A stretch of 64,000 nucleotides of DNA from Octopus vulgaris (Eukaryota). The stretch is from contig OX597819.1 of the NCBI GenBank assembly GCA_951406725.2, positions 61,752,001 to 61,816,000 of the forward strand, read 5' to 3'. Positions 14,590-27,120 of this stretch are shown piece after piece. Position numbers and translations under genes: made by a program. The notes under the pieces are model-generated. The model saw nothing but the letters and a program-made list of their open reading frames with translations, did not search any database and was not told where the DNA came from. Each line of letters begins with the position of its first letter. Positions within the stretch are counted from its first letter, which is position 1.

Positions 14590-15175
14590 ACACCTAATAC
14601 ATGTTTTTTTTTTCTTTCTGAGAACCATGTTGATATACTTCTAAAAAACACTGTTTTTTAATGCTAGATATCACACTTCTACCTATCATTACCTGACATA
14701 AAACCACCTCCTTCAATACTGCCCCGATCTTGTCGTGTGAGTTACTTTGTGATATCACTGGTACCATGTAAAAAGCATGCAGTTCACTCTGAAATGGTTG
14801 GAGTTTGAAAGGACATCCTGTCTGATTTACCAGCTCCTGTCAAACAAAAGCAGGTGAATCAGAAGACTATCAAACTCCAGTGTCTGCTTTGGCACGGTTT
14901 CATCTGCTGGATGTCTTTCCCCAAGCCAACCACTTTACAGAGTTTACTGGGTGCTTTTTCCATGATACCAGCACTGGTGAGGTCACTGAGTAACTAGCTA
15001 AACAAGACCTCTCAATTGAGATTTAGGAGTAGTTTTGAGGGTAGATGGCTTTGTGCTTGGTGATGCGAGCTTGAAATATGACAGAGGAATAGAAACAAGT
15101 GTCTTGCTGTAAGGAAGACACATGGTTACCTCTGTTGGAAAACAAAGATAATGATGGTTAAGATGTATTAGGACA
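14590..15175. repeat. Diverged fold-back made of two tail-to-tail copies of the RTE-like non-autonomous element
   Basis: 14740-14819 matches the reverse complement of 14889-14995, and patchy matches (CCTAATACAT, AACCATGT) continue outward. Confidence 0.55.
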
Positions 15176-15362
15176 TACCTTCAAGATACAGTGAGTGAGT
15201 TAAGTAAGTTCATGGGAGTGTGAGAGGTGAGTGGCAGATGGATAGAGACAAGGTTAGAGGGAAATGCAGTGAGTGGCGAACGCTTGGTTGATTGATATAT
15301 TGCCATACATTGTATGATTGTAATTGATTGATACATTGCATTGTTCTCATTTTTGTTTTCAG

Positions 15363-15394
15363 TCTAAGTAATCTTGTTAATGTACATGAGCTAG
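15363..15394 (+). other. Candidate micro-exon (32 nt)
   Basis: Strong acceptor TTGTTCTCATTTTTGTTTTCAG and donor AG|GTATGT; one open frame (LSNLVNVHEL). No homology recognised. Confidence 0.3.
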
Positions 15395-15674
15395 GTATGT
15401 GTGTGGTTATTGTATGTGAGGTAGACGTGAGTATGTGTTCATGTCTATATGAATTAGTATATTGGATTTAAATGTGCTGAATAATCTTCTAAGATAAGCA
15501 GGCTAATAATAACTATCTAAAGTTCAAGCAAATAATAACAACAACAACAACATGAAGAATATTAATAACTTAATAATAATACTATCTAAAGTTCAAGTTG
15601 TGTTTTCAACTTTGTAGAAATAATTCAGATTTTTTTTTGGTTTACTAGGCACTTGTCCAACACTAGAAGGTACA

Positions 15675-15990
15675 TACTCTAGTGGGTAGCACATTTGACT
15701 CATGATCATAATGTCACAGGTTCAATTTCTGACTAGGTGACACATTGTTTCCTTCATTGAACAAGGCACTTCATTTCATATTGCTCCAGTCTACACAGCT
15801 GAAAACGAGTACCAGCTGAGTATTGGTGCAACTCTCTCTGTCTCTAGCTGTTACAACCTTGATGTGCCTCAGGGTCCAAGAGAGAGGAGAGTAAGAAGGT
15901 ATGTATGTCTGCTTATGGCTACATAGGTACCTGAAGCAGTTAGCAAAAGCATGGTACACTACCAAGCTATACTTGTCCTTTTTAAGCACT
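15675..15990 (+). mobile_element. Old tRNA-headed SINE (CORE-like centre); related minus-strand fragment at ~16560-16750
   Basis: CTAGTGGGTAG..GGTTCAATT head, then TTGAACAAGGCACTT..TTGCTCCAGTCTACACAGCTGAAAACGAGTACC. Confidence 0.55.
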
Positions 15991-16517
15991 CAGTAGGAGT
16001 CAAACTTGGCTATCCAGATTGACCAGTGAAAATCATTGTAATCCATGTAGTCTGTAAAATTACATTCTGCTGCCTGTCCAGTTGGTAAATCCAAAGGTCA
16101 AACACTGCAAAAGGTCAGTATAATCTATCAGAATATAGTAGAAAACACACAAGTATGGAGAATTATATATTCTTAATCATCTGATGCATTTTTCAGATAA
16201 AATAGTATTACATAATTCTCATTGTCATCATTCAATGTCTGTTATCCATGCTGGCATGGATTGGACGGTTTGACAGGAGCTTGTAAGCCACCAATTGTCT
16301 GTTTTGGCATGGTTTCTACAGCTGGATACCCTTCCTAATGCCAGCCTCTCTACAGAGTGGACTGGGTGCTTTTTCATGTGGCACCAGCGCCAACAGAGTC
16401 ACTGAGTAACTTGCAAGACAAAAACCTCTCAGCTGGGAGGAGAGAGTAGTAGTAAGGGGGATGATGGCTGATCCTATATACTAACTGATCTATGTTTCAT
16501 TAACTTAGGTTTTACAG

Positions 16518-16559
16518 AGATTGAGGAAATAACAACACCATGTCCTTGTCTCTTTGCAA
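16518..16559 (+). other. Candidate micro-exon (42 nt), possibly holding a start codon (ACACC ATG at 16540; MSLSLC..)
   Basis: Acceptor TTTTACAG and donor GTGAGT. Caveat: the donor lies at the end of an antisense SINE fragment. Confidence 0.25.
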
Positions 16560-18692
16560 GTGAGTATGTCCTGGTAGCATGTACCATGCTTTCACCAATT
16601 GTTTTAGGTGCCTGTGTAGTCACATGCAGACATAGACATCGTCCTTGACCCAGTGAACCAATAAGTTGGTGATTGCTGGAGGAAGAGAGGACTACACAAG
16701 TAATAGGCTGCTACTCATTTACAGCTGAGTAGAATGGAGCAACATAAACGTTCCTTTCCTTTTTCCTGTTTTATAAGGTTACTTGGCTACCTCACTAGTG
16801 TTGGTGACATGAAAACAGCGTCCCAGTGCACCACTGTGAAATAGGTGTTGTTAGGAAAGGCATCCAGTCATAGAAACCATGCCAAAGCTGGCTTTGAACA
16901 CACACCAGTGGCTCACCTGGATCCTGCCAAACCATCCAACCCATGCCAATATGCAAAATGGATATTAAATGATGATTTGTTTCCTGAAAAATATAAATCG
17001 CCATTATTTCAATTACTTTAAAACCATACCAACTTGTACTCCAAATCATTCAAAATAGAAATTAAGAACATTTCTTATTCACTTTTATTTTTAAAAAATA
17101 GGTTGTTTTTTTTCTTTTAAGCAAATAACAGGCACCAAGAATAAATTTTTAGCAATACTTCATCTTCATTTGTTCAGATTTATATTTTATTTATTGTTTT
17201 TGTTTTTTGTTCTTTTAAGTCATTAATGCAGCTTGCTGTTGTACAGTTTTCAGCATGTGTATTGTTAAATATTTTGTATTTTTTTAAGATACCATCTGCT
17301 ATTATTGGAAATTTCCTTGTCTTCGTATTTGAGTTATTTCTTGTGTAAATAAATATTTAGAATAATAATAGTGAATAGTTTCCTGTAAGATAATGAATTC
17401 CACATGAACGATTGACTATAGATTCTCTTTAAATACACGATCCATACATCAAATTGTTGCCAGAAAATATAATTCTGTACTCTCTCTGTGTTTTACTATC
17501 TAATGTGGCTAAAGTAACAACCAAGTTCCTTTTTATGAGAGTAGACATCATTAATTTTTATATTTCAAATATTCGGCTTTTTCACCCAACTTAGCAGGAA
17601 ATAAATCAGATTTGGTTTTTGTGTTTTACTTCAAACTAGCAGTTATTAAAGATTTTCTATTAAATTATGCAGGTGCTTTCTAACATAAAATGCCTAAGAT
17701 TAATCACATCACTTCAAATCTTTGGTTGCTATGGTTATTAACAACCTTCAATGAAAACAAGCATGGAGATTTCTAAAATTAATTTACTTTGTCTTGCTAT
17801 ATTCTTCATTATATGGGTGCTTCATATATGGGTACCTATACTGTGGTTAAAAATGATTGTTAAGTAAGCACTATTTTTAATCAGAATATTTGTCTGTTTA
17901 AAAACTTCTGCGTTATTTGAAGCCTTCTTTGCATCACTGTTCTTCACTCAGTGCTCTGTGAACCCCAAGGGGGTCTAACATGTGCCAGAAGAGTTTGCAA
18001 AATGAAAATGTGTTTCTTGGGAGAAATACTCAAAAAGAAAGGGAAGAAGGGTTTTAGTTACACAAAACTGGATGTAATTTCACATTCGGTAGGTTTCCAT
18101 CAGTCATGCTGTTAAGGCATGTTGATAAATGATTTGGGTATTTGGCTAAAAATGAGCTCAATACCTGGTGACATGATGCTGTGTCCTTGAGCAAGACACT
18201 CTATTTCATGTTGCTCAGTTGGCAAAGACGAGTTGTACCTGTATTTCAAAGAGCCGTTTTTGGTGCATTGTGTCATGCTAAATCTCACTGAAAACTACTT
18301 TAAGGACATGAATATCTGTAGAGTGCTCTGCTACTTGCAATTTGATTTCATGGGCAGGCTGTTCCATTGATCAGATCAACTGGAACATTTGTCATAACTA
18401 ACCAATGGTGTGCCAGTTTTTTTATTTTTTTTATCAGTCTTGCTATATGAAATAGTCTAAAAGTTCAATTTTAGGTAATTCCTGGCTATAATTAATCTAC
18501 ATATTAGTTTGTCAACATCCTTTCAGTTTTGAAATTTTGAATACATTTTTACTAAAAAAATTTAAATCCACAACTGAAAGCAGTATTCCAGTAAAGTCTT
18601 AGCTGTGATGACTAAAATTAACTAAAAGTACTTTTTACAGTAAAAAAAATGTTCTACAAGTCTTAATATATCTTTTATTTGATTTCCATATT

Positions 18693-18904
18693 TTAACCCT
18701 GAGATTGCCCCTGGTTCTTTGATAGAAACTTCTTTGTTTTAAAATGACCTAAATTAAAACTTTCCATCAAAACTTTATACTAATTTATCTTCTAAATGCC
18801 ATCTTAATAATGTCAAAGTTATTTTACTAAATTCTTGATTATTTCCAAAATTAGCTGTAACAAAGCAGTGTGTTTCAACAGAAATGTGGTAATAGAAAGG
18901 TTAA
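18693..18904 (+). mobile_element. piggyBac-like MITE, family 1 (representative; other copies ~6762-6890, 9387-9597, 29040-29190, 35962-36160(-), 40881-41095, 41825-41943(-), 44452-44610)
   Basis: TTAA-CCCT start and AAAGG-TTAA end; conserved core AATTAAAACCTTCCATCAAAATTTCATG..GTTATTTTACTAAA..AATTAATTGAAACAAAG. Confidence 0.65.
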
Positions 18905-20470
18905 AGAATATACAAGTTCCTATAACACATACACATTACATGAATAATTAGTTAAACATTCTAACATTATTGATGTTAAATTCTCTATAGTGACTGCAGT
19001 AGTCCAAATATCAACAACATCTCTTATGGTTAGCCATGCTTTCTATTATAACCCCCCCCTCCCCCGCCATCATCCTCTTCTCCTAACTGATGCACATACC
19101 ATTTGTCAAAACAGTTTGGTTATTATTGAGCTGAAACAACTTCAGTTCTCGCAGACGAATTTATACAAAGCATGTTTTAAAATTCAAGCCAATGCTTGTT
19201 TATTCATTTATTTTTTAGGGTGAGGTTGGGGGGGGGGGTTCTTTTCCTTTTCTTACTATTAACTCTTAGACATACTAGAATTAAATTAACTTTAATCGAA
19301 TACTTTTGTTCTAGTTTCAAATTTTTAAAATTCTTTACATTCCTCTTCCTTTCATATATATATATATACATACATATATGTAATATATATATATATATAT
19401 ACATACATATATGTAATATATATATGTTATAATTAAAGAAATTTGAAGTCATGAGTTGATAATGATGAATATCATTAAGTGAATTAATTGAAGGATCATG
19501 GTAGAATTTAAAAAATTGAAAAGTTGGGGAATGTTACAATATAAATCTATCTGGTCTCTGCTGCACAAAGTAGCAGGCATAGCCATAGCCCCTGCGATGA
19601 TGAATGCATAAATTAACCTCATTTTAGCATTTCTCCACTGTGTACGTATGCTTCAGTTGCCAATCGTAGTCTTCCCATATGAAAATAGACTACACTTTCA
19701 GTTGTCATATCATAAACACTGACTCAGACTGGAGAAAGTCTTTTGTTAACACATTTTTCTGAAAAGATTTTCTTTTTGTAAATACCGTTGTATTTGTATT
19801 TGACCATACCTTCTTTTTTTTCTTTAAATATGATGTTTCAATGAACTTTTTTTTCTAATGTATTCACAGGTAATGTTTTTTTTTTCTTAACGAAACAAGC
19901 AAAAAAAAAACAACAATAATAATAAAGAAAGTTTAAAGCTTTTACAAGCTACAGTTATGTGTAAAATGATTTAAATATAATCTACAATTAGAATCAAGGT
20001 GCCACAAATTAAAAGGTATTAAGAAACTGGTGAGAGGGTGGAGATCTTTATTGAAATAAAATATGAAGAAGGAAATAGCAAACATTCCTGTGTTTATCTA
20101 ATTGAAGGTTTTTAAAAGTAACTATGCGTAGCCTTCTCCGCTTGTTCGTTCGGAGCTGCTGTTCATAACACAAAACTCAAAAGCCTACTGTAGTTTCTAG
20201 GACATTACTTTTGACATGCCACTTATCTTAAATATCATCTCTTTATTTTATATATACATATATTTATATTTTTTAAATATTTTGTTTTTAGTACCTGATC
20301 TCAGTGACTGGCTTTTCTTCCAAGCAGTTTAGTTTTCTTTGTTATAATGTAATTTGATTTAGTTTAACTTGGCTACAAAGTCTGAAGATTAATATTATAA
20401 TATACAAATGATATATACATATGTTTGGCGATGCAAACAAGAAAAATAGAACTCAGAACATCAGAGTATG

Positions 20471-20516
<46 letters not shown>

Positions 20517-20519
<3 letters not shown>

Positions 20520-20731
20520 TTTTACTCTTTTATTTGTTTCAGTCATTTGACTGTGGCCATGCTGGAGCACCGCCTTTACTTGATCAAATCACCCCCAGGA
20601 CTTATTCTTTGTAAGCCCAATACTTATTTTATTGGTCGCTTTCACCGAACTGCCAAGTTACGGGGATGTAAACACACCAACATTGGTTGTCAAACGATGG
20701 TAGGGTGACAAATGCAAACACATACACACAC

Positions 20732-20768
<37 letters not shown>

Positions 20769-20905
20769 ACGGGCAAATCCACTCACAAGGCTTTGGTCAG
20801 CCCGAGGCTATAGTAAAAGACACTTGTCAGAGTTCCATGCAGTGAGACTGAACCCAAAACCATGTGGTTGGGAAGCAAGCTTCTTACCACACAGCCACTC
20901 CTGTG

Positions 20906-20907
<2 letters not shown>
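20517..20907 (-). mobile_element. Family H SINE (tail X), flanked by long (TA)n tracts
   Basis: Reverse complement of the 6908-7702 head and tail; (TA)n at ~20475-20516 and ~20908-20945. Confidence 0.85.
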
Positions 20908-20948
<41 letters not shown>

Positions 20949-21009
20949 TATAAATATTTAGCAGAAGTAATACTTCTGCTAAATATTAAGAAATGCATGT
21001 GTGGGCGTG

Positions 21010-21350
21010 TAGGTGCAGGCATGGTTAGTTTGCTTCACAACTTTGTGGTTTCAAGTTCAGCCCCATTACACAGCAATCTCGACAAGGTGTCTTCTGCTCT
21101 AGCCCTGGGCTGGCCCAATACTTTAGGAGTAAACTTGACAGGCAGAAACTGCTAAATCCTGTCATGTTTGTTTGTCTCTCCCTACTTGACAACTGGTGCA
21201 GGTTTGTTTGTTTCCCCACAATTTAGTGATTCAACAGAAAGGAGATCAATAAGTGACATACTTGGAATAAGTACTGAGATTGATTAGATTAACCCTTCAA
21301 AGTGGTGCCCCTGCATGGGCACAGTCCATTGATTGAAACAAGTAAAAGAG
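21010..21350 (+). mobile_element. Family H SINE (tail X), diverged
   Basis: GGTGCAGGCATGGTTAG.. head and ..CCCTTCAAAGTGGTGCCCCTGCATGG..GAAACAAGTAAAAGAG tail. Confidence 0.7.
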
Positions 21351-22349
21351 TATATAAATAGAAAGATGGACAGGTGTGGGAATCATCGTTTATTTTAGCA
21401 TCCACTTTTCCATGCTTGCATGAATTGAGCAGAATTCTTTGAGGCAGATTTTGTTATACTGGATGCCTTTCCTATCACCAACCATCACCTCTTTCCAAGC
21501 AAGGTAATATTTCCTTGTGGCCAAACATGTTTACACAATATATTGGAGACAAAAAAAAAAACAGTGCTTGTATTATGGTGATGCTCATTTACAATGATCA
21601 TGCACTATCAATCCGTGTGTGTGTGTGTGTGTGCATGTATGACTATGGTTATGAAGTTCACTTTGCAACTGTGTAGTTTTGGGTTCATTCTCAGTGCATG
21701 ATATATTGAGCTGGTGCCCTGACAGGAATAAGTATCGGGGTTGCTGTAATATGCTAAATTCTTCTGAATATGGTATTTATAAGAATTTAGTCACTGAAAC
21801 CTGTAAAAGACTTAAAAGAATTCCTGTAACTTCAGAGCTGGTTGATCCCATACCTCCATCATTCAAGCAATCCCCTCCCAGTTGTCTCTCCACCTATTCA
21901 CACTCTTGAGGCATCCAACCATCTTTTCTCTGCACTAAACCACTCTGCTCAATCTTTTATCCTGAAAATGATGGCCCCTCCTGGAATTTCCACCCTGCTC
22001 TTGTAGGTGTCCTGCACCAGTTTAAACTTGAACATTAACGGCATAAACCTCACCAGTCTTGAAATGTCTGCAAGGGTTATATGCTCTGCCCCTTCCTTTA
22101 GACCACCTTTACTCTTTTCTATTTTTTTTAAAAATATACATGAGTGTTTTTACCCACTTTTTCTTGGACTTTCCAAATTTAATACTGGAATTACTTTAAT
22201 TTGGATAGTTATATCAATAATTATATGAGCGAAGTGCAACCACGTACATTTTCCCTTGAAACCAATTAATTTTCATCATTCCTGATTGCAATATCTAACT
22301 TTGTATCAGTCTGCAAAATTCATTTCAATCATCACCAGTCACTTGTACT

Positions 22350-23050
22350 ATATGTAAAGAGCACAACCACCTGGTGGATTAAAGCACTATATTTATTGTG
22401 AGCCTCTCTTTGGACCCTCATGACACATATAGTGATTTATTAATATTTAGCTTGGAGCTCTCCAGAGGTTTTAGAAATATGTATGTAAATCACTAAATTC
22501 AAGGTTTCCAACATCAGTAAAATATTTTTTTTTGTCTCCAGGGTTGTAGGATCAGAGTAGTTAAAGATACATGGAAACAGATCAAACTAAAAGGAATTTC
22601 ATTTCCCATATTTTGCTATTTTGATCATAACACTTCTGCAGTATAGAAGTTGTTTTTTTTAAATTTCTGCAGACAAACTGTTAAATTTATTTTATCCAAC
22701 CAGCACATCTGCTGACCAACCCATGACAATGTTGTATAGTGGAAATAGATTTGACATTCATGGTGAGAGAGAGAGAGAGACTATGCCTTTGTATTAGGAT
22801 GCCTGCATACAGAAGTGTACCTCTAAATATTTTGGGAGTGTATTTCAGATAGTTTTTAGTTGGACAACAACACTCACAGGTGCAGAGGTAGTGTCTTGTG
22901 GCACTTCTTATTCTTCCAAGGACATGAAATCCTTTTCTGAAACTATCATGAATGAGTGTGCAAAATGTTCTGTATCTTTTCATTATTACGCTGGTGCTTG
23001 GAATATTAATTAACATGAATTTTTTGTGAAAGCGTTTTTGATACAGATCA
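22350..23050 (-). pseudogene. Decayed Tc1/mariner-type transposase remnant
   Basis: Manual multi-frame translation gives IMKRYRTFCTLIHD, NLFP/YNIV, YSDPTTLE (cf. SPDLTPLD) and TLNLVIYIHISKTSGELQAK (cf. YLKS.VY...P.T.EELK) in the expected order; many stops and frameshifts. Confidence 0.4.
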
Positions 23051-23577
23051 CTTTAAATGGACCCATTACCAACCTGGCTGGTGATGGAAACTTTAATAGC
23101 TAAGGTTCTGCCAAGAACACCAATGTTAGCAGTCAGAAGACTGCTAACTATGAAAATAATTGTTTAGAAATTAGCAAATTCAACAAATTTTTGAAAACAA
23201 TTTTGCTAATCTTAACCTAGAAAAATAGGTTAAAATGATTTGTATATATAGGACTTTTCAAACATTGTTTAACAATTTTAAAATTGTTTAATAATTGTTA
23301 TCAGTTTGTTTTCATTGTTTACATTTTGAACAATTATTTTTTGTTAAATTCTCTGAAAAATGTTAGAGAAAACACTATTTCATAAATCTGTCAATCTTTG
23401 AATAGAATTCTCTCTTCAGTGACCTTGCTGATAAAATTGTGTGTGTGTGTGCATATACACAGCATGTGTGTATGTCTGTGTACACCAAGTTTATTTCATC
23501 CTCGTCACTTTTCCACAATATTAACGAATGTATTATCTACTCTTCTCTATATACTGAAAGGGACAAATTTAATTTAG

Positions 23578-23643
23578 GTATGCGACAACTTGTTACACAT
23601 CGTTGACAAGGCCCGAGAAGGTTGAAATGCTTCTGAGATTCTT
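23578..23643 (+). other. Candidate symmetric micro-exon (66 nt, phase 2-2; YATTCYTSLTRPEKVEMLLRF)
   Basis: TTTAG| acceptor (weak pyrimidine tract), |GTGAGT donor, single open frame, locally CpG/GC-richer unique sequence. Confidence 0.25.
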
Positions 23644-24343
23644 GTGAGTCACTGCTGAAACATTCATTTCGCTTTGATATATATATTGTTTTTAGCACAG
23701 CATTTCTGTGAAAAGTTTTCTCTCAGATAAAATTTACAGCATCATGTCTTTCAGTAGTGTATATGCATTCGGTCAGTTACAGAGATGGCTGTATGGCTAG
23801 GAAGCTTGCTTTGAAACCATATGGTTTTAGGATCAGTCTCACTACACAGCTCCTGGGACAAGTGTTTTCTACTATATTCCCAAGTGAGCTAAATCCTTGT
23901 TGGTGAATTTTGTTGATAGAAACTGAAAGAAGCCCATTGTGTGTGTGTATGTACTTTTGTCTTAACATCAGGTGATGATTGTAAACATGAATCACTCTCA
24001 TGAGTGTTGTCTATGAAAATCATGTCTGGTCATGGGGAGATTTTAGTGGAGGGGGTAATAAGTGTCTTCTACTATAGCTGACCTAAGCTTTGTGAGTAGA
24101 TTTGGTAGACAGAAACTGAAAGAAGCCCGTCATATATATGTTTGTGTGTCTGTGTTTGTACCCCACCATTGCTTGGCTACTGATGCTGGTGTGATTATGT
24201 CCCTGTAACTTAGCAGTTCAGGAAAAGAAACCGATAGAATAAATACTAGGCTTCCAAAGAATAAGATCTGAGGTCGATTTGTTCGGCTAAATTTGGTGCT
24301 CCAGCATGGCCGCAGTCAAATGACTGAAACAGATAAAGGAGTA

Positions 24344-24394
<51 letters not shown>

Positions 24395-26399
24395 ACATAA
24401 TATAATATATAAATATATGCACATATACATACATATATGTACACACCTACATATATATGTATATATACATGCATACATGGGTATAGGACATCAAAAAATG
24501 TCAGCAAAATGAGAAACGAGAACATAAAAAGCAAAAACATAGAAAACGAACTTTTTTTGAACAACAAAAGAAACAAATAGAGAAGCGAGACAGGCAATAT
24601 AAAGAACATTCCCTTCATCAGTTGTCCCTTGTTTTATCTATTCTGTGTTTCAAAGGTGTGCATGCACACACACACACACACATACCAAACACTATTCTGT
24701 GTAGCCACAAATTGTATTTACATACTTTAAAATGCAACCAATTAGTTGCAAATATTTTTAAAATAGCAATTTCACTAACTTCTACATCAAGAAATAGATT
24801 GCTGTTTAACCCCAAGTCACACCTGAATGAGCTGGCCTATGATCAGAAGCATTGTAGCAAAGCTCATTCTCATCTTACTTTAAAACATTGTGTATCGGGG
24901 GCTACATTATCCAAGATGTCCTTCCATCTTTAAGACAGTGGGGTGTGTTTTAAAAGGAGATTTGTTGCTATTTCTAGCAGGTTAAGTGCCCATGTACAGG
25001 TATCCTTGTTGGTTCGTCAGTAAATAGGTTATCAATCTAGGTAAAATAAGTTCTAAATCTGTACAATGATTATTTTAGTTTATTATTGTTGGTTTGTCTA
25101 ACTTAACTTTTGTTTTTCTCATTTTCTATCTGTTCATTAATATCTAATTAAGATTATGCAAGTTTCATGTATTTATATAATATCTGAGGTTTGGGTATTG
25201 CATTTAGCTATTAATATTAATCTATCGTCCCACTATTAATAATGCATTGCTTAAATATTGCACGCTCTGAAATGGCTAATTAATTCTTATTGCTCTTTCA
25301 CTATTTGATCATAACCTCTTTTCTTCCAATACACACACACTAGATTGGTATTAGAAGGCAGATTAATCTCTAAACTATATGCTTCGTTTACACTTGCATT
25401 ACAACACAATGTTATGTGACCCCCATTGCTTAGAATGGTGTTAGATGCAGCCAAGCAGAGCTAACTGAATTATGTGTAAACCTGGGAAGTGAGCATTAGA
25501 TGTTATCGGCAGTTAGTAAAACAGTAAGCATGATGTCAATATTAGCTAAATTAACATATTAAAAATATTAATTGATGTTTTCTTTACACACAATATGCTT
25601 ATACTTTCTGCAATCTGTTCAAGCATTTTCAAAAATTAATTTCTAAATTTTGCATTATGTCACATATTAGAGAGGGGGTTGTTGATTTCGTCAACCCCAG
25701 TATATGGCTGTTGCTTACATTATTGTTACCAGAAGAGTGAACGACAAAACTGACTCAAGTGAGATTTAAATTGTGTATATAACAAGATGTAACTAGATAT
25801 CATAAATGTTTAGTCTAATACTCTACAGCTTGGTCTGCTCTTCTATACTTTAGTCGAGTGCTCTACAATTCAATCTAGTTGTCTACAATTTGATTTAATT
25901 ATCAACAAAACAAAAGTTGTAGTCAAAAAATCTTCATTGAATGGTGCACCTTTATTATAAGATAAGGATAGGTACAGATTAGATAATAGAATCTTACATA
26001 CTCCTCATAAGACATAGTCATGGCTGGAGTACCTTTGATCATAGTGTTGACCTATGGCTAAAACAGCAACCTATTGATTGCTTCGTCTTTGCAAAGTGTG
26101 AAATATTGTCAGTAAACTGTCATCTGGAAATTAATAGGCTGAAAGGGAAAGATTTGGATTCACTACTGAATACAGGAGAGAAGGCTGTAGATAATGCAGA
26201 ATGGTAAATGTTGCTGAATATATGAGATTATTACAGCATGAAGTGGTGTAACGTTGCTGATGAATAAGACAATGATTAATTTGATCAGTGTTGCTTTGAA
26301 TCCAACTATGGGGAACAAATAATTTTGAAACGCCTGGCTGAAGCTGGAGTGTAGCTGTGATGGAGGAAGAGAGAGAGGGAGAAAAGGGGAGGAGGGATG

Positions 26400-27120
26400 A
26401 TAGTAATGTAGCTTATCAGATGATTCTTTCTCATTTAGGAAGTCCCAGACCTTAGGCAGTCTCTAGTCTCCTTGAATATAATGTGTCCTGCTTAAATATT
26501 GCAATGTAGTTATTGTTATCTTGGGAATATCTTAATGACCAAGATAATTAAGATACTGTGTAATGGTAGTTTTCTGTTGGTTTTGAAACCATCTAACATT
26601 TATTGCGAGGAGGGGAAAAAAATGGTCATTTAGAGTTACAGCAGTTTCACAGATGCTGAAATACATTTACTAGAAGCTAATTTCTGTTTATGGTCTCAAA
26701 TGTCCTTATCAGTAGATATTTTAATAACAGTAGGATTGTTGTGTGCAGTATGGTGGTTGTTGTTAAGTGAAAGGGTCTGTAGCTTTGCAGGGTGTTATTA
26801 GATTGAGGGCTGAAAGGATTGATGAAGCTGAAGATAAACCTTTCTAGAATGTTTATGAAGTGTTGTGTCTGTGGAATGTTGCTGCCTTCTTATCAGTTGT
26901 TTAACTTGGAAATCGATTTAAGTATTTGTTTATGAAAATAATCAAGTAACAGAAAAAGCTGTGGATGGCCTTGGATAAAGAGAGCAGCCCCATGGCTTTG
27001 TTGCTGCTGGGATTTGAACAACCCTGGTTAGATCAACTGGGTGATGAGATCTGAGTTGAAAAAAAAACCCAAATGCTGTGTAAGACCTCAGAAACATTGC
27101 TGACAATAATGCATCCCAGA
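26400..27120 (-). pseudogene. Possible highly decayed Penelope-like element
   Basis: Fragments KAMG..FFCYLIIF and HCNI*AGHIIFKETRDCLRS resemble the Penelope RT (AMG..RYIDDIF) and GIY-YIG (YIGET..LR.R) order; very degraded. Confidence 0.2.

Noticed and set aside
21830-22230. Possible decayed LINE (LVQDTYKSRV on the minus strand)
   Set aside because: Only one short motif; insufficient to call.
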